Both the position numbers and the translations under genes were made by a program. Below are positions 8,008-16,568 of a stretch of 28,284 nt of DNA, piece by piece. The notes below the pieces were generated by a model, which had not been told where the DNA came from, made no database searches, and saw only the letters and a program-made list of their open reading frames with translations. Every line of letters starts with the position of its first letter. The stretch's first letter is position 1. The DNA lies in contig JBDRWI010000028.1 in assembly GCA_039802265.1 (NCBI GenBank), positions 1-28,284 of the forward strand, read 5' to 3'. The DNA is from a candidate division WOR-3 bacterium (GTDB taxonomy: Bacteria; Hydrothermota; Tepidihabitantia; SM23-42; JAOAFX01).

Positions 8008-9303
8008 ATGGGCAAAACTTTGGCCGAAAAGATATTATCTGAAAAGAGTGGGCAGGATGCCTATGCGGGTGATATTGTAATTGCAAAGGTGGATGTTGCT
8101 GCCTTTCAGGATGGCACCGGACCTTTAGGCATCCGTCAACTCCAAAAGATGAAGTTAGAAAGGGTAAAGGCACCGAAGTCTATCTGTTTTATTGACCACG
8201 CCGCACCATCGCCCAGAAAAGAACTTTCCAACGACCACATTCTGATTCGGGAATTCTGTGCAAAATCCGGGGCAATCCTCTCTGATGTCGGAGATGGTGT
8301 TATCCATCAACGGCTCGTGGAGTCTTTTGTCAAACCGGGGGATGTGGTAATCGGCGCTGACTCCCATTCCTGTACATCCGGTGCCCTTTGTGCATTTGCT
8401 ACCGGAATGGGTTCAACCGATGTGGCGATTGGTATGGCACTGGGGAGGACCTGGTTTAAGGTCCCTGAGACCTACCGAATAGAAGTAAAGGGTAGATTTT
8501 TACCCGGGGTCTATTCTAAGGACCTGATTCTCTATTTAATTGGAATGATCGGTGCAGATGGTGCTACATACAAATCATTGGAATTTGGTGGTGAGGCTAT
8601 AGAGAATATGTCTATGGAATCAAGGTTCGTCCTTTCCAACATGGCGGTTGAGGCCGGGGCAAAGACCGGTCTTATTGCATCGGACCGAATAACCAGGGAA
8701 TATCTGAAAAAACGCGGAAGGGTTAAGGACTTCAGACCAATTGCACCGGATAAGGATGCAAGATATGAGAAGGTAATTGAAATTGATGCAGAAAAACTGG
8801 AGCCCCAGGTTTCCTGTCCCCATACGGTTGATAATACAAAACCAGCAAAGGAACTAAAGGCGATAAAAGTAAATCAGGTTTTTATCGGTACCTGCACAAA
8901 TGGAAGGATTGAAGATTTGAAGATTGCCGCCCAGATTCTTAAAAACAGGAAGGTTGCACCGGGTGTGAGGCTTATTGTTGTCCCTGCCTCACGGGATATA
9001 TTCCTTGAGGCTTCAAAACTTGGACTTCTGGATATCTTTGTTCAATCCGGCGGAATAATCCTTGGACCCGGTTGTGGCCCCTGTGTCGGAGTGCATGAAG
9101 GGATACTCGGCGATGGCGAGGTCTGCCTTTCAACGGCAAACCGCAATTTTAAAGGAAGGATGGGAAATCCCGAGGGGCTGATCTATCTTGCCTCACCAGC
9201 CACTGCCGCCTACTCGGCATTGAGGGGAATAATAAGCGACCCCAGGGAATTTTTTGAGGCAAAAAAGTCCAAGGCAAAAAGAATAAAATCAAAAAGGAGA
9301 TAA
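8008..9303 (+). CDS. LeuC/HacA-family [4Fe-4S] dehydratase, large subunit (probable aconitase role)
   Basis: DH, GVIHQ, GADSH, GTCTNG, GCGPC, NRNFKGRMG and YLASP motifs. Confidence 0.9.
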   Translation: MGKTLAEKILSEKSGQDAYAGDIVIAKVDVAAFQDGTGPLGIRQLQKMKLERVKAPKSICFIDHAAPSPRKELSNDHILIREFCAKSGAILSDVGDGVIHQRLVESFVKPGDVVIGADSHSCTSGALCAFATGMGSTDVAIGMALGRTWFKVPETYRIEVKGRFLPGVYSKDLILYLIGMIGADGATYKSLEFGGEAIENMSMESRFVLSNMAVEAGAKTGLIASDRITREYLKKRGRVKDFRPIAPDKDARYEKVIEIDAEKLEPQVSCPHTVDNTKPAKELKAIKVNQVFIGTCTNGRIEDLKIAAQILKNRKVAPGVRLIVVPASRDIFLEASKLGLLDIFVQSGGIILGPGCGPCVGVHEGILGDGEVCLSTANRNFKGRMGNPEGLIYLASPATAAYSALRGIISDPREFFEAKKSKAKRIKSKRR

Positions 9304-9304
9304 G

Positions 9305-10585
9305 ATGGCAAACCCAATAAAGATGAAATTGATGAACAAAATCCCATTATGGCGTGAGGAGATAAAAAATCTGGTAAAAAATTATGGTGATAAGGTGATT
9401 TCTGAGGTGACTGTTGCCCAAGTCTATGGAGGAATGCGCGGTGTAAAGGCACTGGTATGTGATACATCGGAGGTTCCACCCGATAAGGGTCTTTTAATCC
9501 GCAACATTCCGATTGCCCAGTTAAAGAATAAACTTCCGGAAGAGATTCTCTTCTTACTCATTACCGGTGAACTGCCCACCAAGGATGAACTGGAAGGCGT
9601 AAAAAGTAACCTTAAGAGCCGGGGCGATGTTCCGGAATATGTCTGGAATACATTAAGGGCACTACCCGGAGATTCACATCCAATGGTAATGCTGAGTGTA
9701 GCAATACTGGCAATGGAAAAAGAGTCTCTATTTAGAAAAAAATATACCGAAGGTTTGAAAAAAGAAGAATACTGGGAATGGACACTTGAAGATTCCCTGA
9801 ATCTCCTTGCGAAACTACCTGCAATTGCCGCCGGTATATACCGGATGCGCTTCAATAAAGGTCCTTTAATCAATTCCGACCCGAACCTTGACTGGGCCGG
9901 CGATTATGCCCACATGCTCGGAATCCCCGACCCAAAAGGAGAATTCAAGAACCTTATGCGCCTATATATGGTCTTACATTCAGACCATGAGGGAGGAAAT
10001 GTGAGTGCCCATACCTGCCACTGTGTTGGGTCAGCACTCTCAGATCCTTACTATGCGGTCTCAGCAGGTTTGAATGGCCTTGCCGGTCCACTTCACGGAC
10101 TTGCCAATCAGGAATGCCTGGACTGGCTAATTAAGGTTCGGGAAAAATTTAAGGGTGTGCCCAGTGATGAGAATCTGAGACAATTTGCCTGGGATACATT
10201 AAATTCTGGAAAGGTAATACCTGGTTATGGTCATGCGGTCTTGAGAATCACCGACCCGAGGTTCGATGCCTTCTATGAATTTGGTGCGCGGGTATGTCCT
10301 GATGACGAAATCTATCAGATTATGGCAAAGGTATTCAAGATTGTCCCTGATGTCTTAAAGGAGCAGGGTAAGGCAAAGGACCCCTGGCCCAATGTTGATG
10401 CCGCAAGTGGTACATTACTATACCACTTTGGACTGACTGAATTTGAATACTACACAGTCTTATTTGGTGTTTCAAGGGCAATGGGGATGTGTGCCCAGCT
10501 CATTGTCAGCCGTGCCTTAGGCGAGGCGATTGAAAGGCCAAAGTCGGTTACCACGGAGTGGATAAAGACGACGGTGGCGAAATAA
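9305..10585 (+). CDS. gltA: Citrate (Si)-synthase, eukaryote/Geobacter-like type
   Basis: YGGMRG, HSDHEGGNVSAH, GLAGPLHGLANQE, GYGHAVLR, PWPNVDA and IERPKS motifs. Confidence 0.93.
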   Translation: MANPIKMKLMNKIPLWREEIKNLVKNYGDKVISEVTVAQVYGGMRGVKALVCDTSEVPPDKGLLIRNIPIAQLKNKLPEEILFLLITGELPTKDELEGVKSNLKSRGDVPEYVWNTLRALPGDSHPMVMLSVAILAMEKESLFRKKYTEGLKKEEYWEWTLEDSLNLLAKLPAIAAGIYRMRFNKGPLINSDPNLDWAGDYAHMLGIPDPKGEFKNLMRLYMVLHSDHEGGNVSAHTCHCVGSALSDPYYAVSAGLNGLAGPLHGLANQECLDWLIKVREKFKGVPSDENLRQFAWDTLNSGKVIPGYGHAVLRITDPRFDAFYEFGARVCPDDEIYQIMAKVFKIVPDVLKEQGKAKDPWPNVDAASGTLLYHFGLTEFEYYTVLFGVSRAMGMCAQLIVSRALGEAIERPKSVTTEWIKTTVAK

Positions 10586-10718
10586 AAGACATATGGTAAC
10601 GCAAAAAAGGAATAAAAATGTTGATTAGAAAAAGGGCTATAAGATTGATTGGTGATTCAAAAAATGCAGATGCACCATTTATGGTGCTTAAAATCTTATT
10701 AAATTTTGTAAGGTTTAT

Positions 10719-10815
10719 CCTCCCCCTTGATGGGAGTTTTAATTCCCCCGGATAAAGGTGGGGGTGAAAGATAAAATACCCCTCACCCTTGTCCTCTCCT
10801 AACAGGGGGAGAGGG
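10719..10815. repeat. Inverted pair of GC-rich REP-like palindromic units
   Basis: CCCCTCACCCTTGTCCTCTCC..GGGGGAGAGGG at 10779-10815 and an interrupted opposite-strand relative at 10719-10766. Confidence 0.5.
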
Positions 10816-10839
10816 ATTTGAGATATCCGAGGAGGTCTT

Positions 10840-11340
10840 ATGCTCCTAACCGGAAAGGCATGGAAGTTTGGCGATGACATCTCTACAGATTTGATCTGCC
10901 CGGGAAGATATTTCCATCTCCGTTCAAATCTTGAAGAACTTGCCAAACATGTCCTTGAAGATGCGGACCCGGAATTTGCCAAAAAACTCACAAAGGGTGA
11001 TTTTGTCGTTGCCGGGAATAACTTCGGTTTGGGCAGTTCGCGGGAACATGCCCCCACGATCATCAAACTTGCCGGGGTCTCCGCGGTCCTTGCCAAATCA
11101 TTTGCCAGGATTTTCTATCGCAATGCGATAAATATCGGCTTACCCCTCATTGAGTGCGATACCGATAAGATTGAGCAAGGGGATGATCTTGAAATTGACC
11201 TCGGCTCGGGCGTAATAAAAAATAAGACAAAGAATATTGAAATCAGGGCTCATCCGCTACCCAAGGCGATGTTAAATATCCTCAATGATGGAGGGCTCCT
11301 GGCACACATTGAAAAACATGGTGATTTTAAGTTAGACTAA
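10840..11340 (+). CDS. LeuD/HacB-family dehydratase, small subunit
   Basis: GDDISTD, NFGLGSSREHA and SFARIFYRNAINIG motifs. Confidence 0.92.
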   Translation: MLLTGKAWKFGDDISTDLICPGRYFHLRSNLEELAKHVLEDADPEFAKKLTKGDFVVAGNNFGLGSSREHAPTIIKLAGVSAVLAKSFARIFYRNAINIGLPLIECDTDKIEQGDDLEIDLGSGVIKNKTKNIEIRAHPLPKAMLNILNDGGLLAHIEKHGDFKLD

Positions 11341-11369
11341 ATCAAATTAATGTGAAAAAGGAGTAGAAT

Positions 11370-12671
11370 ATGAAGAAGGTAAAAAAGACCAAAATGGTCA
11401 AAAAGGCCAAAAAAGCCAAAACCGTTAAAAAGGCAAAGGTTATTAAGGCAAAACCAGTCAGTGAAAAGCCAAAGTTTCCCGAGCCCATTGTAAAGGCAAT
11501 GGAGCATTTCGGAGGTATCCTTGAAAAACAATTAAAAAGGGTAGAGGCAATTAAAAAGGCTGAAGACTGGATTGATTATCAAAAATTGAAACCCATTATC
11601 ATCGGTGTAATCGGTGGTGATGGGATTGGCCCATATATTACCGGTGAAGCCCAGCGGGTATTGGAGCATCTGTTGAAAGATGAGGTGGCGAAAGGCAAGG
11701 TTGAATTTCGTACAATTGAAGGTTGCACGATTGAACGGCGGGCAGAGGTAATGAAGCCAATCCCGGATGATGTCCTGGAAGAGATTAAAAAATGTCATGT
11801 ATTATTAAAAGGTCCAACCACAACCCCAAAGAAGGGAGACCCCTGGCCCAATATTGAGAGTGCCAATGTGGCAATAAGAAAGGAACTTGATCTGTTTGCC
11901 AATGTCCGGCCGGTGCGCGTTCCCTCCCAGGGCATTGACTGGATATTCTTCCGTGAAAATACGGAGGATGTCTATGCGCTTGGTCCTTTCGGCATTGAGG
12001 TCACCCCGGAACTGGCAATAGACTTCAAGATGATCACCAGACCTGGAAGTGAACGAATTATCAGACTGGCATTTGAGCATGCCAAAAGAAACAACAAAAC
12101 AAGGGTTACCGCGGTCACCAAGGCAAATGTGGTAAAGACAACCGATGGATTGTTTCTTAAGACATTCTATGAAATTGCCAAGGAATATCCAGGAATAAAT
12201 GCCGATGACTGGTTCATTGATATTATGACCGCAAAATTGGTTGATACAAAGCGCCGCACTGAATTTCAGGTCCTTGTCCTGCCCAATCTCTATGGCGATA
12301 TACTTACCGACGAGGCTGCGGAATTCCAGGGTGGTGTAGGAACGGCCGGCAGCGCCAATATTGGTAAGCGTTATGCGATGTTTGAGGCAATTCACGGCTC
12401 CGCCCCAAGAATGGTTCAGGAAGGAAGAACCCAGTATGCCGACCCCTCCAGCGTGATTCGTGCTGGCGCGATGCTTTTGAATCATATTGGCTATGTGGAA
12501 TTGGGCAAAAAACTTGAGATGGCACTGGATATCTGTGGCCAATATGAGAGGAAACTTGTAATGACCGGAAGGGCAACCGGTGCCACCGGCCGTGATTTCT
12601 GCAATTATATCCTTGAAACGATGGAAGACCCGAACCTGGAAAACCGCTGGAACGAATACCAGAAGAGATAG
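11370..12671 (+). CDS. icd: Isocitrate dehydrogenase (IDH/IPMDH family) with a Lys-rich N-terminal extension
   Basis: GDGIG, KGPTTTP..SANVAIR, RENTE, KANV, NLYGDI and FEAIHGSAP motifs, plus operon context. Confidence 0.8.
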   Translation: MKKVKKTKMVKKAKKAKTVKKAKVIKAKPVSEKPKFPEPIVKAMEHFGGILEKQLKRVEAIKKAEDWIDYQKLKPIIIGVIGGDGIGPYITGEAQRVLEHLLKDEVAKGKVEFRTIEGCTIERRAEVMKPIPDDVLEEIKKCHVLLKGPTTTPKKGDPWPNIESANVAIRKELDLFANVRPVRVPSQGIDWIFFRENTEDVYALGPFGIEVTPELAIDFKMITRPGSERIIRLAFEHAKRNNKTRVTAVTKANVVKTTDGLFLKTFYEIAKEYPGINADDWFIDIMTAKLVDTKRRTEFQVLVLPNLYGDILTDEAAEFQGGVGTAGSANIGKRYAMFEAIHGSAPRMVQEGRTQYADPSSVIRAGAMLLNHIGYVELGKKLEMALDICGQYERKLVMTGRATGATGRDFCNYILETMEDPNLENRWNEYQKR

Positions 12672-12702
12672 GTATTAAGTGCACGTAAAATTTATAGTGC
12701 CT

Positions 12703-12732
12703 GGGCTGGGTGAACCCCAGCCCTTATTTTTT
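12703..12732 (+). terminator. Intrinsic terminator
   Basis: GGGCTGGG/CCCAGCCC stem followed by TTATTTTTT. Confidence 0.85.
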
Positions 12733-12774
12733 AAACCGGAATATTCTTCCAAGGTGGATACCATGTCTTGAACT

Positions 12775-12915
12775 CTGCAGTTTGCCCTTGAAGAGTTAGA
12801 AAAAGATAATATCAAAGTTCTTAAAAAATCTAAATCCTACAGAACAACACCCCGGGGGAAAGGCAGATCAGCCTGACTTTTTGAATATAGCAGTTGAAGT
12901 AGAATCACCATTCAC
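12775..12915 (+). pseudogene. folK: folK (HPPK) fragment
   Basis: Translates as LQFALEELEKDNIKVLKKSKSYRTTPGGKADQPDFLNIAVEVESPF. It lacks the LGSN start and the C-terminal half, and is preceded by an in-frame TGA. Confidence 0.7.
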
Positions 12916-12968
12916 CGATGGATTTTTTGCAAAGTCCTTCCTTGAATATCTTTTGTATGATATGGTGT

Positions 12969-14996
12969 TTATTCCTCTTTTGGGGCGTAGTGTGAGAACT
13001 GCATTGTATAAATTCCTTTACCCTGAGTGATTGACCGTAGATCGGTTGCATAACCAAAGGACTTGGAGAGGGGAAAATTTGCCTTCACAATCTTTTCTTT
13101 ACGATTTGTTTCAATATTCAAGATTTTGCCTTTTCGGGCATTGAGGTCATTTAAGACATCGCCAAGATAGGTATCAGGCACAACGATCTCCAGTTCCATT
13201 ATTGGCTCCAGGAGGATTGGATTTCCTTTCATAAATGCCTCTCTCAGCGCAATCTGGGTAGCAATCTTGAATGCTAAGTCCGAGGAATCCACTGGATGGT
13301 AGGCACCATCAATTATGGCCACCTCAATATTCACGATCGGATAACCCATAAAAATCCCGGTGTCACATTGTTCTTTTATCCCGGATTCAATTGCTGGAAT
13401 AAACTCCTTTGGTATGGTACCTTCCTTGATTCTATTTTTAATCAGAACCTCAGGTTTATCATGGGGTTTAACCATTAATTTTACAACCCCATACTGCCCC
13501 CTGCCTCCAGTCTGTTTTATAAACCTGCCCTCAGCCACAGCCTCATTCCGAATTGTCTCGCGGTAAGAGACCTGCGGTTTACTCACATTACTCTCTATTC
13601 CAAATTCCCTTTTCAGGCGGTCAACAATAATTTCCAGGTGGAGTTCACCCATACCGGAGATAATTCTCTGGGCAGTTTCTTCATCGGTCTTTACCTTGAA
13701 GGTTGGGTCTTCGGTCTGGAGATATCTGAGTGCCTCTTCCAGTCTCTCGTCATCCATCTTTGTCTTGGGCTCAAGCGAAACAAAGACCACTGGCTCCGGA
13801 AATCGCATCGGTTCATAAGATATTGGATGCTTCACACTACAAAGTGAATAACCGGTTTTGCACTCACGCAGCCCGGTTACAACTCCAATCTCTCCAACCC
13901 CCAGACTTTCTGTCTCCTCTTTTTTATTGGCATGCATAAGGAAGAGTCGGCCTACACGGTCAACACGGTCAGGTGGGAGGACCCTTACCTTATCACCATT
14001 TTTGATTGAACCAGAATAGACCCGGATATAATAAATCAATCCTAAATGGGGGTCGGTCTGGGCCTTGAATAAAAGTGCCGAGAATGGTTCATCAAAGGAT
14101 GGCATCCTTGTTTCTTTCTTTTCTGTTTCTGGGTTTATCCCCTCGGCTGGAGGGATATCAATCGGGGCTGGTAGGTAATCAAGGACTCCATCAATGAGTG
14201 GTTGTATCCCCCTGTTTTTCAGAGCACTTCCGCAGAAGACCGGAACAAAATGGAAGTTGAGAGTTCCGCGCCGAATCGCCGATTTTATCATTTCCACTGA
14301 TAATGGAACATCCGAGAAGTAACTTTCGAATAAATCCTCATCGTATTCCGCAATCGTCTCTAAAAGTTCAATTCGGAATTTCTCGGCATCAGTTTTATAT
14401 TCTCGGGGAATCTCTGTAGTATAATAATCCATTCCCAGTTTGTCTTTCCAGAACATTGCCCTTTCTTCAACAAGGTCAATTACTCCCTCAAATTTATCTT
14501 CTGAACCAATCGGCAATTGTAAGATTAATGGCTTGAGGGAGAGTTTATCTTTCATCTGCTTTATTACCCGAAAGAAGTCGGCACCAAGACGGTCCATTTT
14601 ATTGACAAAGGCGATTCTCGGCACCCGATACCTATCAGCCTGACGCCAGACGGTCTCACTCTGGGGTTGTACCCCACCCACGGCACAGAAGATAACAATT
14701 AAACCATCTAAGACCTTCATTGAGCGTTCTACTTCTATTGTGAAATCTACATGTCCGGGTGTATCAATAATGTTTATTCTATGCTCTTTCCAGTATACAG
14801 TCGTGGCGGCCGCAGTTATGGTTATTCCCCTTTCCCTTTCCTGGGGCATCCAATCCATTGTTGCCGAGCCCTCATCTACCTCGCCGATTTTTCTTATTTT
14901 ACCGGTATAAAACAAAATCCTTTCTGTAGTTGTTGTCTTTCCGGCATCAATATGGGCGGCAAGTCCAATGTTTCTTATCCGATTGAGTTCAATCAT
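12969..14996 (-). CDS. fusA: Elongation factor G (675 aa)
   Basis: [35 protein letters not shown] and GMGELHL motifs. The ATG at 14996 is preferred over the TTG at 15014. Confidence 0.95.
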   Translation of the reverse strand: MIELNRIRNIGLAAHIDAGKTTTTERILFYTGKIRKIGEVDEGSATMDWMPQERERGITITAAATTVYWKEHRINIIDTPGHVDFTIEVERSMKVLDGLIVIFCAVGGVQPQSETVWRQADRYRVPRIAFVNKMDRLGADFFRVIKQMKDKLSLKPLILQLPIGSEDKFEGVIDLVEERAMFWKDKLGMDYYTTEIPREYKTDAEKFRIELLETIAEYDEDLFESYFSDVPLSVEMIKSAIRRGTLNFHFVPVFCGSALKNRGIQPLIDGVLDYLPAPIDIPPAEGINPETEKKETRMPSFDEPFSALLFKAQTDPHLGLIYYIRVYSGSIKNGDKVRVLPPDRVDRVGRLFLMHANKKEETESLGVGEIGVVTGLRECKTGYSLCSVKHPISYEPMRFPEPVVFVSLEPKTKMDDERLEEALRYLQTEDPTFKVKTDEETAQRIISGMGELHLEIIVDRLKREFGIESNVSKPQVSYRETIRNEAVAEGRFIKQTGGRGQYGVVKLMVKPHDKPEVLIKNRIKEGTIPKEFIPAIESGIKEQCDTGIFMGYPIVNIEVAIIDGAYHPVDSSDLAFKIATQIALREAFMKGNPILLEPIMELEIVVPDTYLGDVLNDLNARKGKILNIETNRKEKIVKANFPLSKSFGYATDLRSITQGKGIYTMQFSHYAPKEE

Positions 14997-15003
14997 GACC
15001 AAA

Positions 15004-15031
15004 ATTATACTCAAACGAATTTTAATTTCAA
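15004..15031 (-). promoter_or_regulatory. Promoter of fusA (leaderless arrangement)
   Basis: TTGAAA-N16-TATAAT-N7-ATG with no SD. Confidence 0.7.
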
Positions 15032-15119
15032 GATTTTTAACGAAAATTTGTCTGAGGGAAATGCCTTTTTGTCTTCATCCTCAGAATCTTGGTGAAAAAA
15101 TTGGTAGGCAGTATACAAA

Positions 15120-15338
15120 TCAGGAATATTTGACGATTTCCCGTAAGAGTCGTTCCGTTTCTTTTGCCTCTTTTGCATCCACCGGATTGATAGCAAAACC
15201 GGCATGGATCATTACATAATCGCCGATTTTTACCTCGGGTGTTAGAATAATAGAAATCTCTTTCCTTACACCCATAATCTCGGCGATTGCCATATCGCCA
15301 TTTATCTCTTCTATTTTACCAACGACTGCCAGGCACAT
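15120..15338 (-). CDS. hypC: Hydrogenase maturation chaperone HypC/HupF (72 aa)
   Basis: MCLAVVGKI start and GDYVMIHAGFAI motif. Confidence 0.93.
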   Translation of the reverse strand: MCLAVVGKIEEINGDMAIAEIMGVRKEISIILTPEVKIGDYVMIHAGFAINPVDAKEAKETERLLREIVKYS

Positions 15339-15352
15339 ATTTGGATAGTATA

Positions 15353-15380
15353 ATTTTACACGATTCTTCGGTAAAGTCAA
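15353..15380 (-). promoter_or_regulatory. Promoter of hypC
   Basis: TTGACT-N16-TAAAAT, 14 nt before the ATG. Confidence 0.65.
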
Positions 15381-15426
15381 GGGTTCATCATAAAATGGTG
15401 CAAAATTGGCGGTCAGAAATTTTCTC

Positions 15427-15454
15427 TTGACATCATAAATAATTCAGATATAAT
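15427..15454 (+). promoter_or_regulatory. Promoter of the candidate selenoprotein operon
   Basis: Consensus TTGACA-N16-TATAAT. Confidence 0.8.
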
Positions 15455-15476
15455 ATTATGATTAGAAAGGGGACAT

Positions 15477-16502
15477 ATGGAAAGGATAAAAAAGTTTATT
15501 TGCACGGTTCTCTTGGTTTTTATCCCCGGTGTTCTGTTTTCCGCAGAGCGGGTTGTCGTTGCGGAGATGATAACCGACGAAGGCTGAGCCGACTGCGGCG
15601 CTGCCAGTGGGACACTGGCACAGATTGTAATAAATCATCCCGGAAGGGTTGCCGCAGTTGATGTCCATTATCCTCCAGGTGACTCATTCTTCTTACAAGA
15701 AGGGTATGACCGAATCCACTACTACCCACCTCCATTTTATGGAATATATCTTACACCCTGGCTCTGGTTTGATGGCAATCAACATGGGGGAATGGGGTAT
15801 TTCCAATGGGAATCAATGATTGTAAATCGGATGAATCAACCTGCGCCGGTAATGATAAATCTTGATGGAGAGTATTCGCCTAACAGTAATACTGGAACAA
15901 TCTATGCTACATTCCGAAATGACTCCAGTGCAACGATTACGGGTAGGGTAATTTTTGTAATCACCGAAGACAGTCTGTTTTATCCTGCACCCAATGGTGT
16001 AATCTGGCATTGTAATGTCCCAAGGGATTATATTCCTGATGATAGCGGAGTAGTAGTCACCATTAATCCCGGTGATTCAGTCACTGTAACTATGCCTTTT
16101 ATCACCCATCCTACTTGGAATAAGACACACTGTAAGATTAAAACTTGGATTCAGAATGACCAGATGCAGCCTGATACAACCAAAGAAATCTGGCAAGGTG
16201 CCATGGTAAATCTGCTGGAACTCGGCATAGAAGATAATTTTTCTCCGACCCATAAAGAGGTTCTAAAGGTTTCACCCAATCCCTGTCTGCGCAATGGCAC
16301 TGTCCAATTCAACCTTCCCTATGCTGCATTCTACGAAATTTCAATCTATGATTGTTCAGGGAAAAGAGTCAAGAAGATTATAAATAATGCAAAACATGCA
16401 ATCTGGAATTTAAATGAGGGTTATGGCGTCAATCCTGGTGTCTATTTTTACCGCGTTGTGTCAAAGAAATTCGTAAAGACTGGAAAAATAGTAATTGAAT
16501 AA
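15477..16502 (+). CDS. Putative selenoprotein: Omp28/thioredoxin-like UxxC protein with signal peptide and T9SS-type C-terminal domain (341 aa, Sec37)
   Basis: ATG 15477 follows AAAGGGG. Reads MERIKKFICTVLLVFIPGVLFSAERVVVAEMITDEG-TGA(15585-15587)-ADCGAA and stays open into the 15792 ORF. Has TPWLWFDG, VITED, HCNVPR and a C-terminal SPNP..IYDCSGKRVK..GVYF..KIVIE. Confidence 0.88.
15602..15620 (+). promoter_or_regulatory. Bacterial SECIS-like hairpin
   Basis: TGCCAGTG-GGA-CACTGGCA, a perfect 8-bp stem with a G-first loop, separated from the UGA by 14 nt. Confidence 0.8.
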
Positions 16503-16568
16503 CAAAGAGGTGAACGATAAGTGATAATATATCCATCAACAAAGTCCGTAAATGATAAAGGAGGAATT

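Noticed and set aside
12763..12771. ATG-TCT-TGA in frame with the folK fragment as a third Sec site
   Set aside because: No Cys context, no hairpin at the expected spacing, and the gene is truncated.
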